DNA from: the human T2T-CHM13v2.0 reference genome, Homo sapiens
Direction: 5' to 3'
Length of the DNA: 64,000 nucleotides
NCBI GenBank assembly: GCA_009914755.4
Contig: CP086569.2
Location: forward strand, 5,056,001-5,120,000
Shown here: positions 13,486-26,381 of the stretch, in pieces
Position numbering within the stretch: position 1 is the stretch's first letter
How the letters are laid out: each line of letters begins with the position of its first letter
Translations under genes and position numbers: made by a program
Notes under the pieces: generated by a model
Seen by the model: only the letters and a program-made list of their open reading frames with translations
Database searches by the model: none
What the model was told of the DNA's origin: nothing

Positions 13486-15020
13486 TACAGTATGCTGCTT
13501 GACAAATTATTTTCATGATGGTATTATAGGATTAAGAGTAATTGACTCATTGATTGGATACAAATAAATTAATAATTTTAAGGTATCATAAATAGAGTTT
13601 AAAAAGATCATTCTTGGCATATATTGAACACCAAGAGAGTCTTATTGCAGCCTCAATGCTAAAGCTTTATAATTTAAAGATGCTCTGATAATCAGCAGTC
13701 TCCTTGTGTATTTTGAAAAGTGAAAGTTGAGATCACAATCCAGTTTTCCATTTTATTGACAAAGAACATGGACTCACTCAAAGCAGTCTCTGCAAAACTC
13801 TTAATGTATTACCAAAGCCATCTTTCCTATGGGATTTTATTGTCTGTACAGGGTATTTGTAATCACAAAACCTATCTTTTTTTCTTTGCTCTATTACATA
13901 CGTAAGTCCCCACTTAAACAGAATTAGGCAGTGCAAGTGAAAAAGATTCAATTCCAGAGGTCGTGGGCTTTGTTGTAAAATCCCATGACTGTAACCATAA
14001 TTATATACAACCCTACATTACTTCTGATGTTTGATAATTATGACCAGTGATATATGTTATTGATTTTAAAGCAATTTAAAACTGGTCCATGTTCAGATTT
14101 CAGTAGCTATGTGCACTGTAATTGCTTTCATAATGTGTCTGTATGATATTTAAATGCTTAAGGATGACTCTCCAGCTAATGAAAAATCATTGTTTGCACT
14201 TTTGCATTTCTAGTACTTCCTGTTATAAATGAATCTGCCATAGGAGGGGATAGTTTTCATGAAATTCCTGAAAGCATTATGGGACTATTACTAGATACAC
14301 AGGATTTGCAAAGGGAATTTGGCTAAAAAAGTGAAACTGACAAGGATATCATTTGCATTACATAAAGTTTCCATAGGTTAACTCTAGCCGAAGGGTATTT
14401 TTAGTGAGCATATTGATAGGGATTGTGAATGACATTACTTCTATTGTGTAAACTTAGGAAAAATCAGTCTTCAATAATATACATATAGTGAAATATAGTG
14501 TACAGTAATATTAATATTTAAATATAGCTGACCACTGTTTTTTATTTTTTCACACAATAATGAAATATATTTTCAATACATTAAAAGAGAAAAATATTTC
14601 TCATTAGTATCTATTCATATGATATTAAGTGTTCAGAAAATATACTCTTTACATCTGTTTGTTGATATAATTTTTTATCAATCTACTATAATCTTATTTT
14701 TATAAAATAGTATTCTACTTACAGTTTATTTCTGATGTGTAATATTTTTGAGTAAATATAGTAATAACTATGACTTTGGATGACAGAAAATAGTTCCTAA
14801 TATTATTCACGCTTTATTTAAAATGTTAGTTTTCCAGAGACTTCACAATCCTATACTTTCTGTCATATTTCACATGGAGTGCTTGCTAATAATTGCCATT
14901 TATATCATCTAAGCAATATCCATATATCAAGACAGATTATGTAAGCAGAAGTTTTAAAATATAACATATTTTAGCAAACACAGAATTTCCTGTAACATGT
15001 CTGTCATAAGGAATTCATCT

Positions 15021-15317
15021 GGGCCAGATGTGATGGCTCACACCTGTCATCTCAAAAGTTTAGGAGGCCAAGGCAGGAGAATCGCTTGAGCCCAGTAGTT
15101 GGAGACCAGCCCAGTCAACCGAGGAAGACATTGTTTCTACAAAAATTTTAAAAATTAGCTGGGCATAGTGGCATGTGCTTATAGACCTGGCTACCCAGGA
15201 GGCTGAGGCAGGAGAATCATTTGAGCCCAATATTTTGAGGCTGCAGTGAGCTATCATGATGCCACTCCACTCCAGCCTGGTGGACAGAGTCCCCATCACT
15301 TAAAAAAGAAAAATAAA
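15021..15317 (+). mobile_element. Alu SINE, older AluJ/S-type, sense
   Basis: 'gggccagatgtgatggctcacacctgtcatctcaaaagtttaggaggccaaggcaggagaatcgcttgagcccag...gccactccactccagcctggtggacagagtcc' with tail 'aaaaaagaaaaataaa'. The TSD is 'aattcatct'. Confidence 0.9.
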
Positions 15318-15674
15318 TTCATCTAGGCAAAAAGGCAATTAGTTGGCTGAATGACAATAGGAAATGTCACCAATAGCTGCAAACTGATGATTCCATCCTT
15401 TATCACGTTGGCAACTCTCCTTATTATGAACATTAAAATTAATACTTTCCTGTAATTTAAACCTGCACCTGCATTTCTTTTTGCTAAAACGTACTATCCT
15501 CAATTATATTCTATAATTTTACTTGCTAATTTTTGCTTCCTTTTCCTCACTGAATATGAAGTGCTATATTAATCTTTAAAGTATATTTTTAAAAGATTAT
15601 CTAAAAGCTATAAAACTGGAAGTTATATTGCTGACAGCGAATCTTCTCTTAAGAACTTTAAAAATAGACATTGA

Positions 15675-16027
<353 letters not shown>

Positions 16028-16693
16028 CTATCAAACCATAGAATTATTAGCGAAAATATTTACTTTTGTTTCAATTGAAAATGCCACATAATAAGATTTA
16101 TTTTAGTAATTTTTTGTGTGTCTCTTCTATAGGCAAGTATCTTAATGATATTTAATTTCAGGGAATTGTGTGGCTCTTGAAAGAGTCAAAATCAAAATTT
16201 ATGTGCCAGATTTTGCCTCTATCTATGTTATTTGTCTCTCTAACTAGTAATTTTCCATGTTGTTTTAGAGTGAATACAGAACAAAGTTATAGAATATAGT
16301 TAGTGATATTTCTTTACTTTTCAATGGTAGATTACTTTGGCCATCTAGTTAAACTACTGGAAAGATCTTGCTGTCTATTTTGTTATTTTGTAGCTTCTTA
16401 CCACAATTGCTGGCCATGAATTTTCTTCTTTTTCTAAAACTGAGGGAATTGGCAAAATTTGGAAAATATGATGTCACTATGATTGATCAACATTATAAAT
16501 GTATTTTTAGAGGAAATTATTCATTGTATAATAGAAAATGTGTAAGTACACATCCTATGAGTCCTGATTGGGATGATTGTTACTAAGAAAGAAAACAAGA
16601 TAGCCTTGCTGATATGAGAAGTAGTTCAGCCTGTGGTATAAAGGTTAACTGTTTTACTTTGCCAACAAATTTAGAGTGCACAAGAATCCTTTT

Positions 16694-16948
16694 TCTGGAG
16701 TGCGGTGGCGTAGTGTCGGCTTACTGTAACCTCCGCCTACTAGGCTCAAGTGATCCTCTGACTTCAGCCTCCCAAGTAGCTGAGACTACAGGCATGTGCC
16801 ACCACATCTGGCTAGTTTTTGTATTTTTCGTAGAGACAGGGTTTCTCCATATTGCCCAAGCTAGTCTTGAACTCCTGAGCTCAAGCAATCCACCCACGTC
16901 AGCCTCCCAAAGTGGTGGGATTACAAACATGAGCCACCACACCCAGCT
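16694..16948 (-). mobile_element. Alu SINE, antisense, missing its 3' tail end
   Basis: 'ggagtgcggtggcgtagtgtcggcttactgtaacctccgcctactaggctcaagtgatcc...cctcccaaagtggtgggattacaaacatgagccaccacacccagct'. Confidence 0.9.
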
Positions 16949-16978
16949 GACAATAGTCCTTTAAACTATATAAATACT

Positions 16979-17228
16979 GGTGGGGGTGATGGCTCACACC
17001 TGTAAACCCACCACTTCGGAAGGCCAAAGAGGGAAGATTACTTGAGCCCAGGAATTCGAGACCAGCTTGGGCAACATAGTGAGACCTCAGCTCTACAAAA
17101 AATAAAAAATTAGCAAGGTGCGGTGGTGCTTGCCAGTCAGCTACTCAGGAGGCTGAGGTGGAAGAATTAATTAAGCCCGGGAAGTCAAGGCTACACTCTA
17201 ACCTGAGTGACAGAGTGAAACTCTGCCT

Positions 17229-17282
<54 letters not shown>

Positions 17283-17311
17283 CAAAACAAACAAACAAAA
17301 CATGAAAAACC
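16979..17311 (+). mobile_element. Alu SINE, sense, with an unusually long pure poly(A) tail
   Basis: 'ggtgggggtgatggctcacacctgtaaacccaccacttcggaaggccaaagagggaagattacttgagcccaggaattcgagaccagc...' ends in A51 at 17230-17280, then 'cccaaaacaaacaaacaaaacatgaaaaaccccc'. The TSD 'aactatataaat' lies at 16965-16976 and 17312-17323. Confidence 0.95.
17230..17280. repeat. Pure A51 mononucleotide run, the Alu poly(A) tail
   Basis: 51 consecutive A read directly. Confidence 0.95.
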
Positions 17312-19339
17312 CCCAACTATATAAATGCCAAAATCTTGGCAGAAAATTAATAAATAAACATGTGTGTCTTTTCTTTGTGATTAAAAGGATGAAGAATTAG
17401 TTTTCCATTGTTTACTATAGAATCATTGAGTTGTACCATTGCAAGTTATTTTAGATATCATCTATCCAAAAATCTCATTTTAAAATTGAGAAAAACTAGG
17501 CTCAAAGAGATGAAGTGACTTCCTAAGTTCACACACTTGGGCATAGCTGAACTAGAAGCAAAGTCCCAGTTTCATCAAGTTAGTATACTTTCTGGCCATT
17601 ATAAGGTCTGCTTTGGAGCTAGCTTCATCGGTATGACAATTTTCCCTCAAATATTCAATGTTTGTTAATAGCACCTTTCCTGAATTATATATATGTGTGT
17701 TTTCTAAAACAACTATTTAAATCAGATGGCATACGAGTTTTACTAATGAAAATCCAGAAAATCATGTCCTTAATTCTTTTCTTTGGATTGAAGAGATTAT
17801 ATACACAAATACTTTCTCAAGATGAATGAGTGGGGAAGACTTCCTAAATGCCACCATTTTGTGGAAAGAAAGTGTTTATAGGGACAAAACCCGAGGATTT
17901 TAAAATTCATTTTCAATGTAGACCTAAATTTTGTTCAGTGACTTGGAGCATTGTGAGAAGTATAGACCTCAACTGAGCTTTATCACTCTCCAGTGAGTAA
18001 AATAATATAGTCCCCATTTTTTTTCAGAGCTTACAAAAAAATGCTTTATCTCCAAATTTATACAGCAAAATCATATTTGAGCTAAGACTGAATTTTAGGG
18101 GCATTCTTACTCTTCTGAATGTTTTCATCCACAATCCTGCTCCCAACAGATGGAGACTGAAACACAGGAGAGTTTCAGTTTTATAGGAAAAGAGCTAGTG
18201 CTCCTCTTGGATTTAAGTTTTAATTCAAATGATAACCATTATTACATGGGTCCTCACCCCTCCTATATAATTCCAGTACCAATAACTCTAGAAAGAGACT
18301 CTATTATTTATTCTCTGGAATTAGCCTAGCCAATTTGATGAATAAATGACTGAATGGTTTCTTAGTCTAACCACTTTCCTCTATTTTGTCTTATTGAGGC
18401 AGTAGAATATATTATATTCTGTTTAAGTTCCAGAAATATTTATTGGGTGCTTATTATAAGCCAGGAACTGTGCTAAACAGTAATGACATCAAATTACTAC
18501 CACTTAGGACTATATTTGTGCATAACAAATACTCAGAAAAAATGTATGTACTGATGATACAATGACTAATAAGACACACTTCCTACCTCCAAGGACCTCA
18601 CAGTCTTGTGCGGTGTACAAACTTACCTACATATAGGTTAATATTAACTGTAATAGCCACTTTTTATAGCATCAGGGTATGAACAGAAGGCCATGGAAAT
18701 CCAGAGGCAGTAGCAATTAACTTAGTCTGGAAAAATGCATACAAAGTAGCTTTCAGTCTAGTTATTCTGCTACTAACATCACATTATTTAGGATAAGATA
18801 TATTTTGTATAAAAATATGGAGATAGAAGTAAAATAAAAATACTTCCCTCTATTTTTCATTACCATAAGCCTACAAACCCCCTCAAATTTGAACTGAAAG
18901 TTGTATTTTTAATCTGAGAATCCCAAGAAACTCAGGACAAGGATGAATAAACTATTTCACTATCTTCTCTCACTTAATAGTACTAAAGATAAATTTAAGG
19001 GAAAATATTAATTTTATGAATGTTTTAGGATTCATCTATGCTTGTCTGGCCAAACAGTATTATATATTTCAAATATATGTATATGAATTATGCATCTACA
19101 GAAATTTAGCTCTGCTGTTGAAGAACAGAAAGCTTAAGATTACTGAAAGAGAGCTCAAAAAAAAATTGGAAAAGAATGAGAAAATATAGTAGTAGTTCCT
19201 GGGGTAGAATCAGTTCACAAACCTTGTTCCAGGTATGGAGAAAAGAAAATTTTCAAACATACAGGAAAGATGAAGAATTTTACCATGGACACCATATACC
19301 AAGATCACTCAAAAACTTAATTTCTATTTTTTTGAAATC

Positions 19340-19974
<635 letters not shown>

Positions 19975-20335
19975 TAAAAACTTGATTTTTAGGGGTTATT
20001 CTTTGTGTTCTAGAAGCCCTTTCTTATACAGATACTCATTTATAGCACTGAGGACAGGAACTATACTCATTTTACAAACAAGGAAACTGAGATTCAGAGC
20101 TAGTTATGAATCAAGTGTCCAGCACAGTTATCTGCCCTAAAAGTGTGTTTCCCAACATTGGTTGTGCATGTTGTTTTTCCAAAATTTTAAAAAATACTGA
20201 TACCTTGTTTCTACCCCAGAGGTTTTGATAGAATTTGTTTTTATTTTTCAAGACTTTTTTGGCTATTCTGGGTTCCTTATATTTCCATATGAATTTTAGA
20301 ATCAGCTTAAGCATATCAATTTCTGCAAAAAATGA

Positions 20336-20631
20336 TTTTTTTTTCTTTTTTTTGAGATTGAGTCTTAGTTGCTCAGGCTGGCGTGCAGTAGTGTGATCTC
20401 AGCTCACTGTAACCTGTGCCTCCTGGGTTCAAGCTATTCTCCTGCCTCAACCTCCTGGGTAGCTGGGATTACAGGCATGTGCGGCCATGCCTGGCTAATT
20501 TTTTGTATTTTAGTAGAGGTAGGGTTTCGCCGTGTTGGCCAAGCTGGTCTCAAACTCCTGACCTCAGGTGAGCTGCCTGCCTCAGTTTCCCAAAGTGCTG
20601 AGATTACAGGCATGAGTCACCGTGCCCGGCC
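20336..20631 (-). mobile_element. Alu SINE, antisense
   Basis: 'ttttttttcttttttttgagattgagtcttagttgctcaggctggcgtgcagtagtgtgatctcagctcactgtaacctgtgcctcc...tttcccaaagtgctgagattacaggcatgagtcaccgtgcccggcc'. Confidence 0.95.
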
Positions 20632-20689
20632 CAGTTTGAATTTTTGTAGGGATTATGCTCAATCTGTACATAAGTTTGAATAATGTTGC

Positions 20690-21200
20690 CATCTTGACAA
20701 TATTAACTATTCTGATCTATGAACATGGTACGCCTTTTCATTTATTTAGAACCTCTTTATTTCAACACTATTTTGAATTTCCAGTGTACAAGTTTTGCCC
20801 TTCTTTTATTACATTCATTCCTAAGTAAATATTTATCCTTTTATATGCTATTGTAAGTAGAATTGTATTCTTAAATTTTATTTTTGGATTATTCATTGCT
20901 ACTGCATAGACATTCAGTTAGGATTTTCTATATATAAGATCCTGTCGTCTTCAAATAGAGATAGTCTTACTTCTTCCTTTGCAATATGGATGCTGTTCAT
21001 TTCTTTTTCTTGCTTGATTGTCCTAGCTAGAACCTCCAGTACAATGTTTAATTGCTGTGTAAAAGCATATATCCTCTTCTTGTTCCTGATCTTAGCAAGG
21101 AAGCATTATTCTTTCACCATTAAGTTTGAGTTAGCTGCAGTTATTTCATAGATGTCCTTTATCAGGTTGAGGAATTTTCTGTATATTCCTTGTTTGTTTA
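20690..21200 (-). mobile_element. Ancient L1 (L1M-type) fragment, ORF2 RT-domain region, antisense
   Basis: The reverse complement matches the L1 ORF2 region '...[47 protein letters not shown]...' with 'atcctgtcgtcttcaaatagagatagtcttacttcttcctttgcaatatggatgctgttcatttc'. It is heavily diverged. Confidence 0.7.
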
Positions 21201-21283
21201 TTGATTTTATCACCAAAGTTTTTTGTTGTTGTTTTATTTTTTGTTTTTGATTGTCTGTTTGTTTGTTTTTGTTCTTTTGTTTT

Positions 21284-21429
21284 GAGACAGGGTCTCTGTT
21301 GCCCAGGCTGGAGTACAGTGGCAAAATCATAGTTCACTGCAGCCTTGAACTCCTGGGCTCAAGGAATCCTCCTGCCTCAGCCTACCGAGTAACTGGGACT
21401 ATAGGTGTGTGCCACCATGCCCAGCTAGT
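21284..21429 (-). mobile_element. Alu right-arm fragment, antisense, preceded by T/G-rich low-complexity sequence at 21215-21283
   Basis: 'gagacagggtctctgttgcccaggctggagtacagtggcaaaatcatagttcactgcagccttgaactcctgggctcaaggaatcctcctgcctcagcctaccgagtaactgggactataggtgtgtgccaccatgcccagctag' is only about 150 bp. Confidence 0.85.
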
Positions 21430-23042
21430 TAACAAATTTTTTTTTGACATTAGATTATGAGTAAAACTGCCCCATTGCTCAAGATTCAGTGGAAAGGAAG
21501 CAAAACAAAACAAAGAAACCTTATGAGCAAAATGCTTAATTCAGCACATAACAGCATATAGTTTCTATTGGTTAAAGAAGAACATTTATATGGGGTCCTA
21601 GATAGGCTCCAAGGAAACCAAATTACTTGAAGAAGCCTGAGATTATTCTTAAAGAAATATAGATTTCCTTGTATGTTTACAATGAATGAGTCTTATTTTT
21701 ACATGCATGGAAGTATCACAGTCACTGGACACTGTATAATGAAAACTTACAAGTTCTCATTTTGAACAAGCTTCCTTTTTCCTTAGTTGACAAAATTATC
21801 CAGGTTTCTTTTAGCATGTTCACAATTTCAGATTTTATACAATTACAAACTGAACTTTCCTTATAAACTGATTGTTATAGCTAATTTTTCCTAATAAAAT
21901 TCAAATTAAGACAGCACCTGTGAATTCTATTTAGAGTTCTATTGATACTCAATGTAGCCAATCACTGCCAACATGAATCAACCTACGTATGTAAATTTAG
22001 TGACCAATATAAAATAGTCTCATCGTTCTTTACTACGCTTTGGAGAAACTTAGTCATTAATGTTAATCACTATAATGGTTCATATTTATTCCTGCTAGTT
22101 CTAAAGTTCTGCTTCCTAATTGCATTATTACAAAGATAAAAAATTCAAAGCAACATGTATAGAATAGAATGTGTGTGGGACTGTGTCCAGTTATTAGACA
22201 TTATAAATTACTATTTGCTTTTTAAGCAATTAAATATTTTAATAAAAACAAATTGTGTTTATACCTGCTGTAAAATTTCTTGCTTTATATTTTACTAGAC
22301 TAAAAAACAAAACAATATATTTTAATCCACTGTTAATCAGCAGGATTTAAGATAGTTCTGAGAAAGAGGGAAATTGATATTACTGACCCTCTTCCATATT
22401 GGTACCCCTAATGACTGTCAGAAAATGCAGGATGAGAACCATTTTTGCTGCGAGGCAAGCCCACTTTTCTTTTTAGAAGCTTTTAAGGAAGCTAAAATTG
22501 TGTACAAAAATATTTCTACTGCCTACAAATCACAGTTTATTTTTATGTTTGAACAGAATATTTTCTAATGTAATATATAGATTTTATTTGTGGGAAAATC
22601 TGGCACCAACTTTCAACGGCTTTTTTGCAGAAGCATCTAAAAATGAGCTGGAACTCTAGGGTCTAGTACATAAAACATTATATTTTCACATATGGGACTG
22701 CATTTTAAATTTAATCTGAAGGACTTGATAAGATACGCCAAATTGCTTAGAAACAATTTGTGTAGCTAGTGAACTGTGGCATCTGGAAGCCCATAGACAT
22801 TAAAAGCACTTTTTCCCACTTTTTCCCTCTGTTTTTGCCTCCTAATCACTGCAGACAGAATACATGCAATCTATACTGATATTGCAATGAAGACACAAGC
22901 ACAGATGCTTTTTATTGTGATGAAAGATGACTTTTATTCAGTGCCCAGTTTATTATTGTTATTATTGTTGTTATGATATTAGCAGGCAATATGATGCAGA
23001 CGTGCTGGCAAAATCTATGATACTAGTCCCACATCATTATAG

Positions 23043-23365
<323 letters not shown>

Positions 23366-23529
23366 CGCTCAGCCTGTAGAAAATTTTTATAAAAGTAGTA
23401 AGTCAATCTGTGTGTGTAATAACATATGTGCTTTAGGTTTGAATTTTGTCAGGGAACTAAAACTGAAAACAAGGAAACATATTGACAAATTATTTATTAT
23501 TCTGTGCATATATAAGGAATAGCCATTAA

Positions 23530-24110
23530 TTAAAGATTGCTGAGACCAGCTCGGTCATGGAGACCCTAACCCAGTGGCCCTAGAGGAGTTAAAGACGCAC
23601 ACGCAGAAATATAGAGTGTGGAGTGGGAAATCAGGCGGCTGACAGCCAGGAACAGAGATTTACCCACATATTTATTGACAGCGAGCCAGTGATAAGCATT
23701 GTTTCTATAGATTATAGATTAATGGGAAACAAAGGGATGGGCCGAAACAAAGGAATGAGCTCTGGCTAGTTATCTGCTGCAGGAACATGTCCTTAAGGCA
23801 CAGATTGCTCATGCTATTGTTTGTGGTTTAGGAACACCTTTAAGCGGTTTTCCGCCCTGGGTGGGCCAGGTGTTTCTTGCCCTCATTCCAGTAAACCCAC
23901 AACCTTCAGCATGGGCATCATGGCCATCACGAATATGTCACAGTGCTGCAGAGATTTTGTTTATGGCCAGTTTTGGGGCCAGTTTATGGCCAGATTTGGG
24001 GGCTTGTTCCCAACAAAAGATCATCATGGCTAAAGATAAAGCCATCACAGCTTTATCACGCCTACGTAATTTTTGCTTTGCTTCTCATCAATGAGCCCAG
24101 GAAAAAATTA
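23530..24110. repeat. Unclassified repeat-like block, possibly LTR-derived, with internal imperfect tandem 'tttatggccagttttggggccagtttatggccagatttggggg'
   Basis: GC content and composition shift abruptly against AT-rich flanks, and there is an internal triplicated 'ggccag(t/a)tt(tg)ggg' motif. The ORFs at 23821-24176 lie inside it. I cannot assign a family from memory. Confidence 0.3.
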
Positions 24111-25024
24111 TTTAATGTTGGTGCATACAAATATTCCAGCATTTCACAGAAGATTCAGAATTATCTTTTAATTTAGGGGTATTAAAAGTTAACAGAATGT
24201 CCAGCTGACATTTTGAAAAATAAAGTGAGAAGTTAAGCATTGTTCCTCTTAAGGTTTTAAATAAAATTCAAAAAGTAAAAAAAAAAAAAAAAAAAGGAAA
24301 GGAAAAGCAAGCAGATATAGTACAAAGAAAGTGAAAATAAAATAAAATAAGATAAACAAAAGGAAAATCAAATAAATACAATTCAGGTCTCTTCCTTCAA
24401 AGAGACCACTTATTTCATTCTAGATTAAATGGGCTTTCATATTTTTGAACTGATGACTAGATGAAGTAAGTTCTACTAAATGGTCTCACTAGTTCCAATT
24501 TTGGAGATTATCTCTTCAAGGATTTAGTTTACTTATTAAATGCTACTGAAAGATGGAAAAAGAACAAAGTAGCTACAACTGAAAATCTGGAATAGAATTA
24601 TATAGCAAGAAGGAATTATAATCTATAAATATAGGTTCTCCTAAAATGATCTCACATCTACAAACATGAAAGTATTTTAAATGATAAAAAGAAGTCTTTC
24701 TCCAGTTTGTAAGATGGGAATAATAATCATACTTATCTCACTGGGTTATTGTAAGTTTTAAGTAAGTGAATATTAAATAAGTTCATGTATCTAAAAATGA
24801 TTTAAACAGTGCCTGGAACATATTGGTGCCATGCAAAGTTTATATATTATCGTTATTATTAATGATAGTAATAGTATGATTCAATACACTGTATTTACGT
24901 GACTTTAAGACAATGGGTGCCAAACTAGTGGTTTGTTGTTGGAATTGACTGTCAGTAAAAAATAGAATGTGAAAATAGTGCTTCTTTTCTCTTATTTATT
25001 TTATATTTTATTTTATTGTATTTT

Positions 25025-25300
25025 ACTTTAAGTTTCAGGATACATGTGCAGAATGTGCAGGTTTGTTACATAGGTGTCCATGAGCCATGATTGTCTGTTG
25101 AACCTATCAACCTGTCATACAGGTTTTAAGCCCACATATATTAGGTATTTGTCCTAATGCTCTCCCTCCCCTTGTCCACCACCCCCTGACAGGCCCTGGT
25201 GTGTGTTGTTCCTGTCTCTGTGTCCAAGTGTTCTCATTGCTCAACTCCCACTTGTGAGTGAGAACATGCGGTGTTTGGTTTTCTGTTCCTGTGTTAGCTT
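25025..25300 (-). mobile_element. L1 3'-end fragment (3'UTR), antisense, severely 5'-truncated
   Basis: 'ttttactttaagtttcaggatacatgtgcagaatgtgcaggtttgttacataggtgtccatgagccatg...ctccctccccttgtccaccaccccctgacaggccctggtgtgtgttgttcctgtctctgtgtccaagtgttctcattgctcaactcccacttgtgagtgagaacatgcggtgtttggttttctgttcctgtgttagc' is the reverse complement of the L1PA-type 3'UTR. Confidence 0.85.
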
Positions 25301-25587
25301 CTTTTTCACCTCTCCCAGAATACCTCTCATTCAGTATCCACCGTTGGCATTCTGTCTTCCCACTACAGCATTTAATGTGCTCATTCAATCAACCAGCAAC
25401 CCTGATACTAGTGTTGCACTGTCCTGTACGATCCAGCATTATTTGGACATTATCCTGGAACCTAGAATTTTCTTCCTTTTCTTTTGTTTTAAACTTTCCT
25501 AAATCAACATTTTCTTATGCAGTATATTATTTCTTTAGGCTTCGCACACTAATAAATTGATAGCTAGCTAATTCTACTAAAATAGAT

Positions 25588-25982
25588 CTGATATGGTTTA
25601 GCTCTGTGTCCCACCCAAATCTCATGTTGAATTGCAATCCCCAATGTTGTAGGAGGGACCTGGTGGGAAGTGATTGGCTCATGGGGGCATATTTCTCTCT
25701 TGCTGTTCTTGTGATAGTGAGTTTGTTCTTACGAGATCTGGTTGTCTGAAAGTATGTAACACTTTCCCCTTCACACTCTCTCCCTCCTTCTGGCCATGTG
25801 AAGACTGTGCTTACTTCCTCTTCCCCTTCTGCCATGACCGTAAGTTTCCTGAGGCTTCCCTAGAAGCATAAGCCTGTATAGCCTGCAAAACTGTGAGCTG
25901 AATAAGCCTCTTTTCTTTATAAACTACCCAGTCTCAGGTAGTTCTTTATAGCTGTGTGAGAACAGACTAATACACGATCCAT
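25588..25982 (+). mobile_element. MaLR solo LTR, MST-type
   Basis: 'tgatatggtttagctctgtgtcccacccaaatctcatgttgaattgcaatccccaatgttgtaggagggacctggtgggaagtgattggctcatgggggcat...cttctggccatgtgaagactgtgc...aaactacccagtctcaggtagttctttatagctgtgtgagaacagactaatacac'. Confidence 0.85.
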
Positions 25983-26223
25983 GCTACTGCATTTAATGTA
26001 TCACTATGGAAATGCATTTTCTTTTTAGATGCAGAGACTGAAGAAACCAAAATTAATGGCCATTTGTGGGAATTTTAGCCCTGTTCAAGAGGTCTGCTAT
26101 AGTTTTTCCTTTCTGTAGCTAGTAGGTTCTTATACTACCTTTTAGGAAGAAATGTTCTACTATTATGAAAGGACCTTAAGTCACTTGGAGACACTGAGGT
26201 CACTACAAATTTTGAGTTAGTTA

Positions 26224-26381
26224 TTTCTTTTTTTTTTTTTTTTTTTTTGGAGGCAGAGTCTTGCTCTGTCGCCCAGGCTGGAGTGCAGTGGCAGCCTCCA
26301 CCTCCTGGGTTCAAGCGATTCTCCTGCCTCAGCCTCCTGAGTAGCTGGTACTAGAGGCATGTGCCACCATGCCCGGCTAAT
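26224..26381 (-). mobile_element. Alu right-monomer fragment with a roughly 20-bp internal deletion, antisense
   Basis: T-run, then 'ggaggcagagtcttgctctgtcgcccaggctggagtgcagtggcagcctccacctcctgggttcaagcgattctcctgcctcagcctcctgagtagctggtactagaggcatgtgccaccatgcccggctaat'. Confidence 0.85.
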
